Below are positions 13,749 through 24,545 of a stretch of 64,000 nt of DNA, one piece after another. Source of the DNA: Psammoneis japonica (lineage: Eukaryota); NCBI GenBank assembly GCA_008632985.1, contig QPGO01000008.1:290979-354978 (forward strand), given 5' to 3'. The notes under the pieces are model-generated. The model did no database searches. It had not been told where the DNA came from and saw nothing but the letters and a program-made list of their open reading frames with translations. A program made the translations under genes and the position numbers. The stretch's first letter is position 1; the number at the start of each line of letters is the position of its first letter.

Positions 13749-14040
13749 GAGACAACACGCCATCAAGCAAAATGATTTGTGGAACACCAAACAAGAGCAG
13801 GCAATTAGAGCCAGAGGAAGGGCGAGCCATCCTTGGGCATCGCGGCACTCCGGCTTGGCAAACAACAAGCACATCGTACGAGACGATGAGTCGAAAAAGA
13901 GAGACAACACACCACAAAGCAAAATGAGTTGTGGAACGCCAAACAAGAGCAAGCTCTCAATCCAGAGGAAGGGCGAGCCATCTTTGGAGATTGCGGCTTC
14001 CCGCTTGGCAAACAACAACACATCGTGCGAGACGACGAGT
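13749..14040 (+). repeat. Tandem duplication, period 152 bp (13749-13890 and 13901-14040)
   Basis: Shared GAGACAACAC, CCAAACAAGAGCA, CCAGAGGAAGGGCGAGCCATC and GCTTGGCAAACAACAA. Confidence 0.9.
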
Positions 14041-14608
14041 TTTTTACACATGTGTGATCGAACAACGAGTGCGGATTCTCACAGATTTTGAGTCGTCATG
14101 ACCGTTGCTAAATTTGTCAATCACTGTCATTTTTGTGCATCTTTGTAGAACTGTTGCCATGATTTCGCACGTAGAAAGTTGGTGGGCACTGGCACTTTCC
14201 AAATTGTTGCTAATTCCCACGTGCGCTTTACGGCAACCGTCCAAACGCAAAAAACTGCCGCCTTCGTTGTCGAGGTCCGAGCTCCTAGATGATTCATTTG
14301 CCTCACAGTTCTCTGTGCTGGGTCCGTCCTGCGGTTCCCAGATTCTGTGCGATGGTGATGTCATTGAATGTGATGGGTGATGGAACACCATGGCGACCCT
14401 CGACGAGCGCCAACCGAAACGGAGGCGGACTGAAGAGCAACAGGATGCTGCCGTCACCACATGTGACAAGGTAGATTCCGAGAAGCCTTTGTTGGAGGAA
14501 TGTGTCAAACAGATTGGAGAGGTGTTTGATCAAGTGTCGGGTGTCGGAGGTGGGTTGACTCAAAAGATTTGTGACAACGTGAAGGACCTCATGCTGAATG
14601 ATGCCATC

Positions 14609-14696
14609 NNNNNNNNNNNNNNNNNNNNNNNNNNNNNNNNNNNNNNNNNNNNNNNNNNNNNNNNNNNNNNNNNNNNNNNNNNNNNNNNNNNNNNNN
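14609..14696. other. Assembly gap (88 N)
   Basis: Run of N. Confidence 1.
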
Positions 14697-15119
14697 TGCC
14701 GCACACCTGCATGGGGTGTGAGCTCGCTTCAATCTTTGACAGAATTGTCGAGGTCGCGTCCACGTTGACAATCAGGGTCTCGTTTCTTGCTTGGAGATGC
14801 ACTCCGAAAATGCTCTTATTCAGGAGGTGGGGCTTCGTGTCATTTCAATGATGGCTGGTTGTATGATGCTCCGTCATCAAGAATGTTGGAGTTGGCGGTC
14901 GTGTCATTTGCTGCATTGTTGCCGCCATTCGTCGTTTTCAAGACATCGTGGCAGTTCAGGAAACGGCTCTCATCCTTTTACATGAGCTAGAACAGGCATT
15001 GGTTGGACACAGAGACAGTGCACGTCTTTTTGGTCTCTTGTCCTTGAGCTGCAATGGGATCATCCCTTTGCCTCTTTGCTCCTTGACGCTGTCTTCACAA
15101 TCAAATTGTCACGTCTGCC

Positions 15120-15828
15120 CTGGTTTCTTCTCCATCTGTGTTTTCAGTTGGTCACTCCAGAATTTTGCATCAGGTGAATGGCTCTGATGCCATCTCTTTG
15201 AATCCAGAAAAAAGAAAAGTCCCACCACCAGCAACCATGGTGGCTGTCAACGGCACACCGCCAACGCAACCATCACACAATGATGTTCTCAAATCCTGAA
15301 CTGCTTGATTTTTGGCTCACAGGGCACATCTGAAATGGGTTTGAGCACTTTGCCACCCGTGCTTTTGGAGGAATTGGCAAACAACAATGAGTTTCTTTGG
15401 GCTCTCCACCATGTGCTGATGAATGTTCATTTGACTCAAGGTGTTTGGACATGTCCTGAAACTGGACAAGAGTTTCCTGCAACCAATGGGACACCCAACA
15501 TGATGTTGGAAGAAGAAGACAGTGCACAAGTGTGTGCTTGTTCATCATTCTTGCCATTTCTGTGACAATCTTCTTGACTCACTTTCTTTTGTCCTGTCTT
15601 GTTTTCTGTCTGACACGTGCATGGTGAATCAGCAAGGGCCCCAGAAACAAACACAAGCCACCATTGATGATTTCTGGTTTCTCCTCCATCAGTGTCTTCA
15701 GTCAGCCACTCCAGAATTTTGGATCAGGCAAATGGTTCTGACGCTGTCTCTTTGAATCTAGAAAAAGAAAAGGCGTGGCTGTCTGCAGTGAACCACCAAT
15801 GCAACTGTCACACATTGATGTTCTCAAA
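15120..15828 (+). repeat. Diverged direct repeats (15120-15293 and 15674-15828) flanking a Trm112 fragment
   Basis: Shared CTGGTTTCT, CACTCCAGAATTTTG, TCTCTTTGAATC, GTGGCTGTC and TGATGTTCTCAAA. Confidence 0.8.
15330..15525 (+). pseudogene. TRM112: Trm112 (methyltransferase activator) C-terminal fragment
   Basis: EFLWALHHVLMNVHLTQGVWTCPETGQEFPATNGTPNMMLEEED matches the Trm112 C-terminus (LHHVLL...CPETGR.FPI.NGIPNMLL.EDE). Confidence 0.8.
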
Positions 15829-16850
15829 AGCTTGCCCTCAAGCTTTTTGCATTCATGACAGTCCTCAAACACCACATGCAGCAGAGGCCTCCATTTTCAT
15901 TTGACAAATGCATGAAAAATCTTGTTGTGGTGCAATCCTCTTGACAAGCCCCCCATTGAAAGCAGCAGTGCGTGAACCAACATTCTGGTCAGCTTTTCCT
16001 GCTGAGGAACACACACTTCCTTGGATTTCTTTGATGGCATTTTCCCACAACAACTTGGCTGGTCCACTTCTGGACCTTGAAGAGAACTCCATTTGTCAGG
16101 TGTGCAAATGATGTGGCAAGCCATGCCTTGTTCTTTCATCTCTCAAAGATGTGTGCTTGTCCTGTTCTCACTTCTCCCTGCTCTTTTCTTGCACATGTCT
16201 CCTTCTTGCCACATCCACCAGCATTGAGCATGTTGTGGAGCTCAAGCACCTTGACTTGTCAAACAACTGCCTCAACTCAGCCATTCCTGATGCTTTTCAT
16301 TTGCTCTTTTTGGAGACGCTTTCACTGGGTGGAAACAGCTTTGCCAGAGCCACCCCAGATGAGTTTGATGCATTGCATGAACTCAAGAGAACCAGCTGAG
16401 CAACAACCAGTTTGTTTTGTCACTTGCATGCATGGCAATGCTCAGCTTGTCACTGGAAAGCTTGCATCTGAGTGGGAATCAGTTTGAATCCAACCATCCC
16501 ATTCCTCTGTGGTGAGATCTCCTCCCTCCAACAGATGAGCCCAGTGGCTAAAAAACAACTTTTAACCTGCCTTTCAGGGTTGTTGCCTCCTCATGCCCTT
16601 GGCAGTTTTTGGTGTCCCTCAAAAAGCTGAAAATCCATGAAAACAAATCAACACGAAGCATTCCTTCCAAGTTTGGTGAGCTGCTGGAGCTGCACCAGCA
16701 CACATTTTACAACAACAACACTTGTCCAGAGATGTCCCAACAGAAGTTTGTCATTTACAAACTGAGCACCGATTGACCTGCATTGTGACTGAGTGTTCCA
16801 ACAACGGAAGGTTGAGTGTGACTGTTGCCATGAGTGTTGTCTCTTGCCTG
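15674..16850 (+). pseudogene. Diatom-type leucine-rich-repeat protein pseudogene
   Basis: WLSAVNHQC N-cap, HNNLAGP, LKHLDLSNNCLNSAIP, LETLSLGGNSF, SIPSKFGEL and a VPTEVCHL...EC C-cap. Heavily frameshifted. Confidence 0.75.
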
Positions 16851-18466
16851 AAGACTGTGGTGATGGGACAACATGAATCATTGCCCACTGGTTTTGAATG
16901 TTTTGTGTTTGAATCAGTTGCCAGCAATCCAGCTCGAAAGTGCAAAGATCAGATGGGCACAGTGGTGACTGCCTGTGATGGTGCACACAATGAAGCACAG
17001 CAGGCTGCGGCTTTCTTCATGCTTGGCCACAGCCCCAAATGAAACATTCTTGCTTCCATCCATCAAGCAATCACTTCCAATGCAATGTGTCACCAACTTT
17101 CAGCCCAGACAAAATCTGGCGACTGCTGGTGCAGTCCACAGTCTGGCAAATGACTCCAACTTGATCCCTTGCAAGAAAACACTTGCCGCGTCATGCCTTC
17201 ATGGAGTCTGACCCAATGCTGTGATGCTGCACGTGAAAGTTCCAGAAAGATTCTTCTTGCAGTTTTTGTGTTTTCTGCTGCACGCACTTCATTGCATGTG
17301 ACTTTGGATGCCGCATGGTGGTGTGTTTTTTGGAGGGATTGCTGGGAAGGTGGGGCTTTTCTGGACACATCACTGAATTTGTCACCTTTGTCCAGATCAA
17401 TTTCTGGGTCTTCCTTCTTGGACGTTGCTGGTTTTTATTCCTGGGTGCCAAATTGCTGTCTCACATTTCTGGGTTTGAGGGTTCCTCTCCAATCTTCTGG
17501 GGGGTGGCCCATCTGTCCTCTCCTCTGTTCCCAGGCTGTGTTTCTGGCTCAGCATTGTTCTCTCAACTGTGGTGCAAAGCATTTGCGTGCTGCTGCACTG
17601 ACAACTGTGACATCAACAGAGAATCAATTGAAGTGCAACTGAACAAACTCAGCCATCACACATTTCATGAATTTAACGCGATTGCTGGCCAAACAGTCCA
17701 TTGCCACACGTGCGGAGCAACTTGCACCAAAAAACAAAGATTGCTGCATTGCATGTGGATTCTTTGCGAGTGAACAGGAAATCATGGTGCGTGCATTGTC
17801 GCCACCTACGATGATTGACTCGGAGGAATTTCTCGGGAAATCGACTCATCTGTTTGCTTCTGTCCTAATTTTTAACGGCCAGCACCTATTCCAGAGCATT
17901 TTCAGCACAGTTGCAGAGTCAGTCGCCGGCCGCGTGCATAAGAGATGGCTTAGAGGGAATCGTTTGGCAAGTCGGCTTCATCCAAGGGTTACACAAAGCT
18001 AGCCTTTGACAGATGAAACGGTATGCGGAATACCTTTCAGACCTGCCACAAGGCAGGAATGCAACGGAAGTTTCTGCTTAGGGTTGAAGATACGCATTAT
18101 CCTGGTACTTTTGGGATCTTGATACAGATGATGTTGCGTTCTGCGTAGCGACGAAAGTCTATCGTTTCTCTATTTTCAGATTTCGTGTGGTGCACATGCA
18201 AGGTTGAAAACGGTCACTAGAGAGTGGCTTGAATCGATTAAAACACGAAGCATCATTGCATATTTCCTATCTATATCTAGAGCGAGTAGCTACAAGCAAA
18301 AGTATGTTCAACCTTTTCTAGTCGACCTACCCTCTCGTGAGCTTCACTTATGCATCCGTGGATATGCTAAACAAGCTCATGATCCAATTGTATCGACTCC
18401 CATTGTCACTGCCTAATACATAATTTGAAGAACCTTGGTGCTGACGCAGGCCCAGAGTGCCGCTGT

Positions 18467-18905
18467 CTACGGCGGGACTTTGCGGGGAGGGAGATCGGGG
18501 CGTGGAATCGTTTTATGATGCTGCCTTTTATCAAATTGAGCCACAGGGGTGGTAGACTCTTTGGAAGATATAAGCACACCATGACCGATCTCCAAACATT
18601 TCTTGTTTACCGCGGAATCGCAGCCTTTCCTTTCGCATCCAGGATTCATGAAGCAAGGTTTGCACTTCCTGCACACCTTGCACTCCTTGACTAGTTCTCT
18701 AGTTGGCTGCAACCTGCATGGAGGGTTTTTCGCAAGTTGCCTATCTTTTGATTCAACGACACCTACACGAATAAGGAGACGATCAAAAGCTGAGCAACAA
18801 TGGCTTTCGATGGTTTGGTTGCTTTCAAGATATCGACCTACCTTGTTCAAGTGCGTTGGCAAATGAAAAGACCCCTGCAAGAGCGAGGAACAACTGGATC
18901 TTCAT
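18467..18905 (-). CDS. Small secreted Cys-rich protein, 2 exons (18905-18842 and 18762-18467), ~119 aa
   Basis: Signal peptide MKIQLFLALAGVFSFANA. A 79-nt phase-1 GTAGGT...TAG intron joins it in frame to GVVESKDRQL...CKVCRKCKPC...PRPDLPPRKVPP. Confidence 0.8.
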
Positions 18906-19339
18906 ACTGAGTCCTGGTAATGACACAAGAAGTGTACTGACTCTTCGTACTCTTTTGTTGGAGATTACAACAGGTGTTTTCTGGCGTTGAGTTGCTTTTT
19001 TTGTGGCACTTTGTGATGTGGGGGAAATGAAACACAGTTTGCAACGAAAATGACCAATCACGGTCTTATGCCCCATCCTTTTTGTCGAATGATCCCGTAA
19101 ATGACCGAAGACAAACCGGTCATGTCAACCGCGCTGCATCGCGCGATATCGCAAACAAAGAAGGGGCGGTCTGTCTGCTTGCTTTGAGCTCAAACCATGC
19201 AAGCGAGTGATGCATTGCGGACAATTAATTACTCCCATGTTCCTTGGCAAGCCACAAGCCATCGCACGAAGCACAAGATTATGTATGCCTTTGTTTTTTT
19301 TAATAACAGAAACCTTGCGTGATATCCCGCGATAATGAA

Positions 19340-21412
19340 ATGACGAGATTGGTTAGATGCAGACTTCTACCGGTACAGCAGTTGCTGTCTCCAAAATACC
19401 GAAACTCAAGTTCTTACGCCACTGTTGCAGAACCCCAAGCGAGAGGGTTTCTATCAACCGTACTCAGTGGCAGCGTGAATCTCGATGGTCGGTATAATCT
19501 TCGAAAATCGTCTTCATCATCGTTATCATCGTGGAACTCACCGTGGCGAGAGACTGTCGATCATGAAATGTTTCTTCGAGATCCTTGGCGTAAAGATCGA
19601 AGCAATGAAGGGGACAACGTGAATCGCGACGCCGAGAACAAAAGCAATCCAGGACAAAAGTACACCACAAGCAAAAAGGTACAAAAGGCCTTGAATGACA
19701 TTTGGTTTCATACGCAGAAAAAGGCTCATAACAAAAAACGGGTGGCGGACCCATTCAGGGCGCTGACGCTGCTGGGAGAGCTGCTTTTGAAAGAAGGAAG
19801 GACGGGCGATGCTATCGTCAAACCGGGTGTTGTGTTCCATGTGCTAAAAGCCTGCCAGACAGCGAAAAGGTTGCCCCGAATTCCGAAAAAGCAAAATGTT
19901 GCAGACTGGTTCAGGCAGATGTTGTCTCTGTTGGAAAGAAACAAACGCTTGAATGAGTTCAACCCAGAGAACACATGGTCCTGCCTTTTTGCTGGAACGT
20001 TGGCGAACTGCGGTATCAATGCAAAGAACGGCGCGCTTGTTCGCCAGGCAGAGGATCTTCTGCACGAGATTCACCAACGAAACGTCGCCGGGAGTATGGA
20101 TTCTACTGCCGACGGTCCCAACCAAAAGGTGATGAAACCAAATTTGTATGATTACGGGGACGTGTTGAGGGGTTACTCCCAGCTAGGAATGGCTAAAGAA
20201 GCAGAATCATTGTTAAGCATTATGGAAGAGAGATATCGGCGATCATACTTGACTGAGAGACCCAATAGCATTTCCTACACATTGGTGGTGGATGCGTTGG
20301 CAAAGAGTCACACAAGAAACTCTCCCCACGCGGAAGAGAACGTTGTACAACGCGCAGCGCAACTAGTCAACTATATGGAGGACCAGAGCTTGAAAGGAAA
20401 CACAAACCTACAGCCAAATGAAATTACGTATGCTGCGCTCCTCAAATGTTATGCAAATGAGGGCATGGGAGCCAAAGCTGAACGATTACTTCACAAGATG
20501 CATCGACTGCATGAAGCCAACGTGCTTTCGAAAGGTCCAGATATCGTTTCTTACACGATTGCGATTGAAGCTTGGGCTCATAGTAATGTATCTGCGAACC
20601 CTCAAGCCCCGCAAAGATGCAAGGCGTTACTTGATTGTATCCATGAGATGAACGGTGGTGCAGGCAAACCAAAGATGAAACCACAAGGTTTCATGTATGG
20701 GTTCGTCCTCAAGTGTTTCGCTCGACATGGCAAGGGACAAGAGTCGCTGCAACTGTTGAAGGAAATCCATGACCTATACGCGGCGGGAATCATTGACGAG
20801 GGACCCAACACAAGAATGTACAACCACGCTATTGACGCCATCGTTACTGGTAACGAGGAAAGTGCTCCCGAGCAAGCGGAGGCGATTGTGAACTTGATGC
20901 TCGAATTCCATACAGCAGGGCGTGCCAAAAACATTCTTCCCGACTCTTTCACTTTTGCTACGCTGTTGCGATGCTATTCGCGGCGTGGCATGTTAAAGGA
21001 GGCCGAGAACTTGTTGCAACAAATGAGCGACCGCCATGACTGCGGCTTTCTCGACGAAGGCCCAAATGTGTACATGTACATGAATTTGCTAGAATGTTAT
21101 GCTATGGAGGGAATGGCTACCAAAGCAGAATTGCTACTGCAAGACATGCTTAGCAACCACAAAAGTGGGAAGCTTAAGGACCCACCGCCCCTCGAAGCAT
21201 ACAACAACGTTATATATTCACTTGCAAAAGGCCGCCAAGAAAACAGAACACAACGTGCCACGGAAGTGTTGCAACTCCTGTGTAACCGCGTTCCTCGCAT
21301 TCAACCCGACGAGAGGACAAGAACAAGTTTTGTCCATTGTTTCACCAAAGCCGGTGACACCGAACAAGGCAAAGAGGTATTTGAAGAAATCTCGTACGGT
21401 ACAAAAAGATAA
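19340..21412 (+). CDS. Pentatricopeptide-repeat (PPR) protein, probably organellar
   Basis: Repeated PPR-like units (PNSISYTLVVDALAK, PNEITYAALLKCYA, PDIVSYTIAIEAWA, PDSFTFATLLRCYS). Arg/Ser-rich N-terminus. Confidence 0.92.
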   Translation: MTRLVRCRLLPVQQLLSPKYRNSSSYATVAEPQARGFLSTVLSGSVNLDGRYNLRKSSSSSLSSWNSPWRETVDHEMFLRDPWRKDRSNEGDNVNRDAENKSNPGQKYTTSKKVQKALNDIWFHTQKKAHNKKRVADPFRALTLLGELLLKEGRTGDAIVKPGVVFHVLKACQTAKRLPRIPKKQNVADWFRQMLSLLERNKRLNEFNPENTWSCLFAGTLANCGINAKNGALVRQAEDLLHEIHQRNVAGSMDSTADGPNQKVMKPNLYDYGDVLRGYSQLGMAKEAESLLSIMEERYRRSYLTERPNSISYTLVVDALAKSHTRNSPHAEENVVQRAAQLVNYMEDQSLKGNTNLQPNEITYAALLKCYANEGMGAKAERLLHKMHRLHEANVLSKGPDIVSYTIAIEAWAHSNVSANPQAPQRCKALLDCIHEMNGGAGKPKMKPQGFMYGFVLKCFARHGKGQESLQLLKEIHDLYAAGIIDEGPNTRMYNHAIDAIVTGNEESAPEQAEAIVNLMLEFHTAGRAKNILPDSFTFATLLRCYSRRGMLKEAENLLQQMSDRHDCGFLDEGPNVYMYMNLLECYAMEGMATKAELLLQDMLSNHKSGKLKDPPPLEAYNNVIYSLAKGRQENRTQRATEVLQLLCNRVPRIQPDERTRTSFVHCFTKAGDTEQGKEVFEEISYGTKR

Positions 21413-21416
21413 TGAC

Positions 21417-22293
21417 TTATGACGAGCCGTCAATGGCTTGAGCGAGATTCTCGTCAAAATGATCAAATTGAAGGCAGATCTTCATTTGCCTCTCCCTTTC
21501 TGTTGCCATATGGGGTTCATCGTAATTAACAAATCCAATGGATTTCCAATGTCCAACGTAGAATAGTTCCGTCGTGCGCAGCGCTACTTTTGGTGAATGA
21601 AACAGGGCAACCGGCACGTCTTGATTTGCCAAGGCCATTCCGCATCGTAGTCTCCCCGGTCCCGTCCCAACGTACATTTCTTGAATGTCATCGGTGCTCT
21701 TCACGAGCTGGTTCCAAACATCATTCAGTACCAAGTAGGAGACCTTCGTCACCCCTTTTTTGGTGGACGTGCCAAAAGAGCTTTGCCCAAACTTGGCCTT
21801 GATGCAGCAACCTTCTTGTCCGATAGGAATGTTGACATTTAACCACTGTCTTGTCCGACCCAGAGTTGTCGGAAGAGAAGAATCTTCATTACTGGAATCA
21901 CTAGTCTCTGGTGCTACGCGGGCTCTCTTTAAAGGGCGGTCATTTTGTTTCGCTTCTTCCGATGCGTCGGAATCGTCCTCCGGCGCCTCTTCTTTCTTCT
22001 TCATCGTCACTTCGAAGATCAATAATTTCGCATCTACTTTGCGCATCGTTTAGACGCATCTGAACCTGTTGCACCTTGTCTTTTGATTCTTTGGTTTGCT
22101 GTTCCAGCTGTCTTATTGCAAGTTTCTTTGCCTTTAATTGTTCTTTTAGTGCCTTCAACTCACTGTTGGCTTGCTCCAACAGATTCGAATTCGCATTGCA
22201 GACGTTGGAAGTGTGCTCGAAATGGGCTGTCAAGGCCCTTGCTTCTTGAGAAGAGCCATTGTTCATGTTGTTGTCTGATGGAAGGCTTGCCAT
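21417..22293 (-). CDS. Hypothetical protein with N-terminal coiled coil; 1-nt frameshift near 21995
   Basis: ORF 21940-22392 (MASLPS...coiled coil...IIDLRSDDEEE) joins ORF 21417-22046 (EEAPEDDSD...PLKRAR) if one A is removed from GAAGAAGAAAGAAGAG. Confidence 0.65.
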
Positions 22294-22735
22294 TCCGCTA
22301 GATCCATTCTGTTTCAGGATGCAAACACACGAGAGACACACAACAGTGAGTTGCAAGTTGTAGCTCTCACAAAAAAAAAGAAACCGACACAAAATGCCAT
22401 CACGTGCAAGTCTTGTCTCAAAAATGAAAATCTGTGGGCTCGGTTCTCTTAACTTGCGGGTAAGACACAGAACAGTCAGTATGCCGTTTCTAAGACAAAG
22501 GCTATGGGCGATACCGGAGCAACAAACCGGGTGCTATCCTGTTTTGATCTTCTTTCGCTCGCGCTCGCCAGATAGAATTCTCGTGCGTTTTCCCGCGCTT
22601 TTTTGTTTCCATGCTGACGTCATCGCGCACACCCTCGCCCGCCGCGCCCGCCACACACGCGCACTTGAGCACAAAAACGCACAAGGAGAGATAGAGAAAG
22701 AAAAAATATTGGAAGATGCACAAGCTGCTGTCACC

Positions 22736-24259
22736 ATGAAGAACAATAACAAAGACGCACCACTTTTGCAGAGTAGCAATCCTGCATGGACACGGGTCGG
22801 GATACAGGGTGTTCGCTTGAAGAAGTTTGAAGAGGTTGTTGCAGATCTTTTGGTGGACGTGACGCCAAGCTTTACTCAGCTACCGCCGCTTCCTCCATCG
22901 TCGCATACGTCGTGGCCGTTTGATAGTTTACCCGCATGTGTATGTATCGGAGGGACTGGTCCAGGTCAGGTGTCACGTGAAAGACGTGCTACTCAAAAAC
23001 AGGGACAGGTCGTATCCTTACTGCGGTGCGTCGTTCCCATGTTGCAAGGCTCTTCCAACCGTAAAGAGAAAATTACAATTGTCGATTTCTGCGGTGGGAC
23101 AGGCCATTTTGCCATCCCGCTGGCTCTCCTGTATCCAGAAAAATGCAATGTGATTATTGTTGATGTCAAGGCAAAGTCACTGGAGCTGGTGCATAATAAA
23201 GCCTTCCAGTATTCGCGTCACAAAGCTCAAAACGAGAACGGCACAACCACAGAATACCAGTCAGTGTATGTCGAGGACGAAACAAAAAAAAACGACGTGA
23301 CTCTTCACGACCACACGGAACGACAATGTCAAGGAATTCCAAACCTCTATACATTTCATGGATCGATTGAAACGTTTGATGAGCATCTTGATATCGGTGT
23401 GGCTTTGCACGCTTGCGGAGAAGCATCGGATGTAGTGCTGAGAAAGTGTGCGGCGTCCAGCGCTAATTTTGTCATTTCACCCTGTTGTGTCGGAAAGCTC
23501 AATTCGAAGTCGCATAATCCATACGTCTACTATGCAACATCTTTGAACGATGCTACTATCTCATACCCACAGTCAAACAAGTTCAAGAAGCTGCTGAAGG
23601 ATCAAGAGCAATGGGATGTATTGGCCAAGGCTGCCGACTACAGCAGCAGTGACGCCGAGTTAAAAACTGCACGGAACTGTATTCGACGAACGGCCAAGGC
23701 CTTGCTAGAGACTGATCGTCTCTCTTACATGCAAGATGTACATGGCTATCAAACGGGGCTTTCAAGAATGGACCCGTGGACTGCGTCACCCAAGAACGAT
23801 ATTCTCGTGGGTTGGTTGGGTCCATCGTACAATGCGTTATCCAGTACCGAAAGGACTAGTGCTACTACTTATACCCTGGGATCTCCCTATAATGGGTATG
23901 CATCGTCTGCATTTCGGTCTTGCCATGATTGCAACGCCGATATACAAAAGACAAGGGAATTTTTGTTGAAGTCAGAAGCCGATGATTCAAATTCGCAATT
24001 TCTTAATGCCGACACTGTCGACTGGACGAACGAAGAAATCGAACAAATAAAGTGTGAGCTTGAGGGCTTTATCGCCTCGTCAGACAAAAAGATGGTTTTT
24101 CCAACGGGCATGGGAGCTAGAATGCGAAAACTGGTTCATTATCAAGCGTCCAAAATGAATCTGGCTCACTGGTGTCAAGGGAAAAAGTACTCGGAAAAGA
24201 CAGTAGTTGTGGCCAAACGACACGGCTCAACAGAAACGGTCGAAGTGCAGGAATTCTAA
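22736..24259 (+). CDS. SAM-dependent methyltransferase (Methyltransf_32/GSTCD-like) with C-terminal R3H domain
   Basis: IVDFCGGTGH, VALHACGEASD, SPCCVGK and SPKNDILVG; C-terminal FPTGMGARMRKLVHYQASKMNLAH (RxxxH). Start codon uncertain. Confidence 0.8.
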   Translation: MKNNNKDAPLLQSSNPAWTRVGIQGVRLKKFEEVVADLLVDVTPSFTQLPPLPPSSHTSWPFDSLPACVCIGGTGPGQVSRERRATQKQGQVVSLLRCVVPMLQGSSNRKEKITIVDFCGGTGHFAIPLALLYPEKCNVIIVDVKAKSLELVHNKAFQYSRHKAQNENGTTTEYQSVYVEDETKKNDVTLHDHTERQCQGIPNLYTFHGSIETFDEHLDIGVALHACGEASDVVLRKCAASSANFVISPCCVGKLNSKSHNPYVYYATSLNDATISYPQSNKFKKLLKDQEQWDVLAKAADYSSSDAELKTARNCIRRTAKALLETDRLSYMQDVHGYQTGLSRMDPWTASPKNDILVGWLGPSYNALSSTERTSATTYTLGSPYNGYASSAFRSCHDCNADIQKTREFLLKSEADDSNSQFLNADTVDWTNEEIEQIKCELEGFIASSDKKMVFPTGMGARMRKLVHYQASKMNLAHWCQGKKYSEKTVVVAKRHGSTETVEVQEF

Positions 24260-24545
24260 AGAGACGCTTTCGAATTCTAGAAATTTTATAAGTGACCGCG
24301 ATCCCTTGAACGTTTTCTGCTGGCTACTTCCGCACGAACCGTGGTTCGTGGTTGGTCCCGATCGAGGCACGACTTGGCCGGGATCGAGGCACGACTGGAT
24401 TGATAGTCCAGTCCGAGACAAGACTGGGTTGAACGCAAACCCCACCATCATCTCATTTTCCATTTACAAGTACGTTACACCAGCAAAGAGAATATACGAA
24501 AAGAAGAAAGACCAAGTAGTCTTACGCTGCTCATTATAAGAAACA

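Noticed and set aside
22394..22735. N-terminal extension of the methyltransferase ORF (and GTG/TTG starts in the ORF track generally)
   Set aside because: Overlaps the likely divergent promoter region and reads as non-coding; eukaryotic genes were assigned ATG starts.
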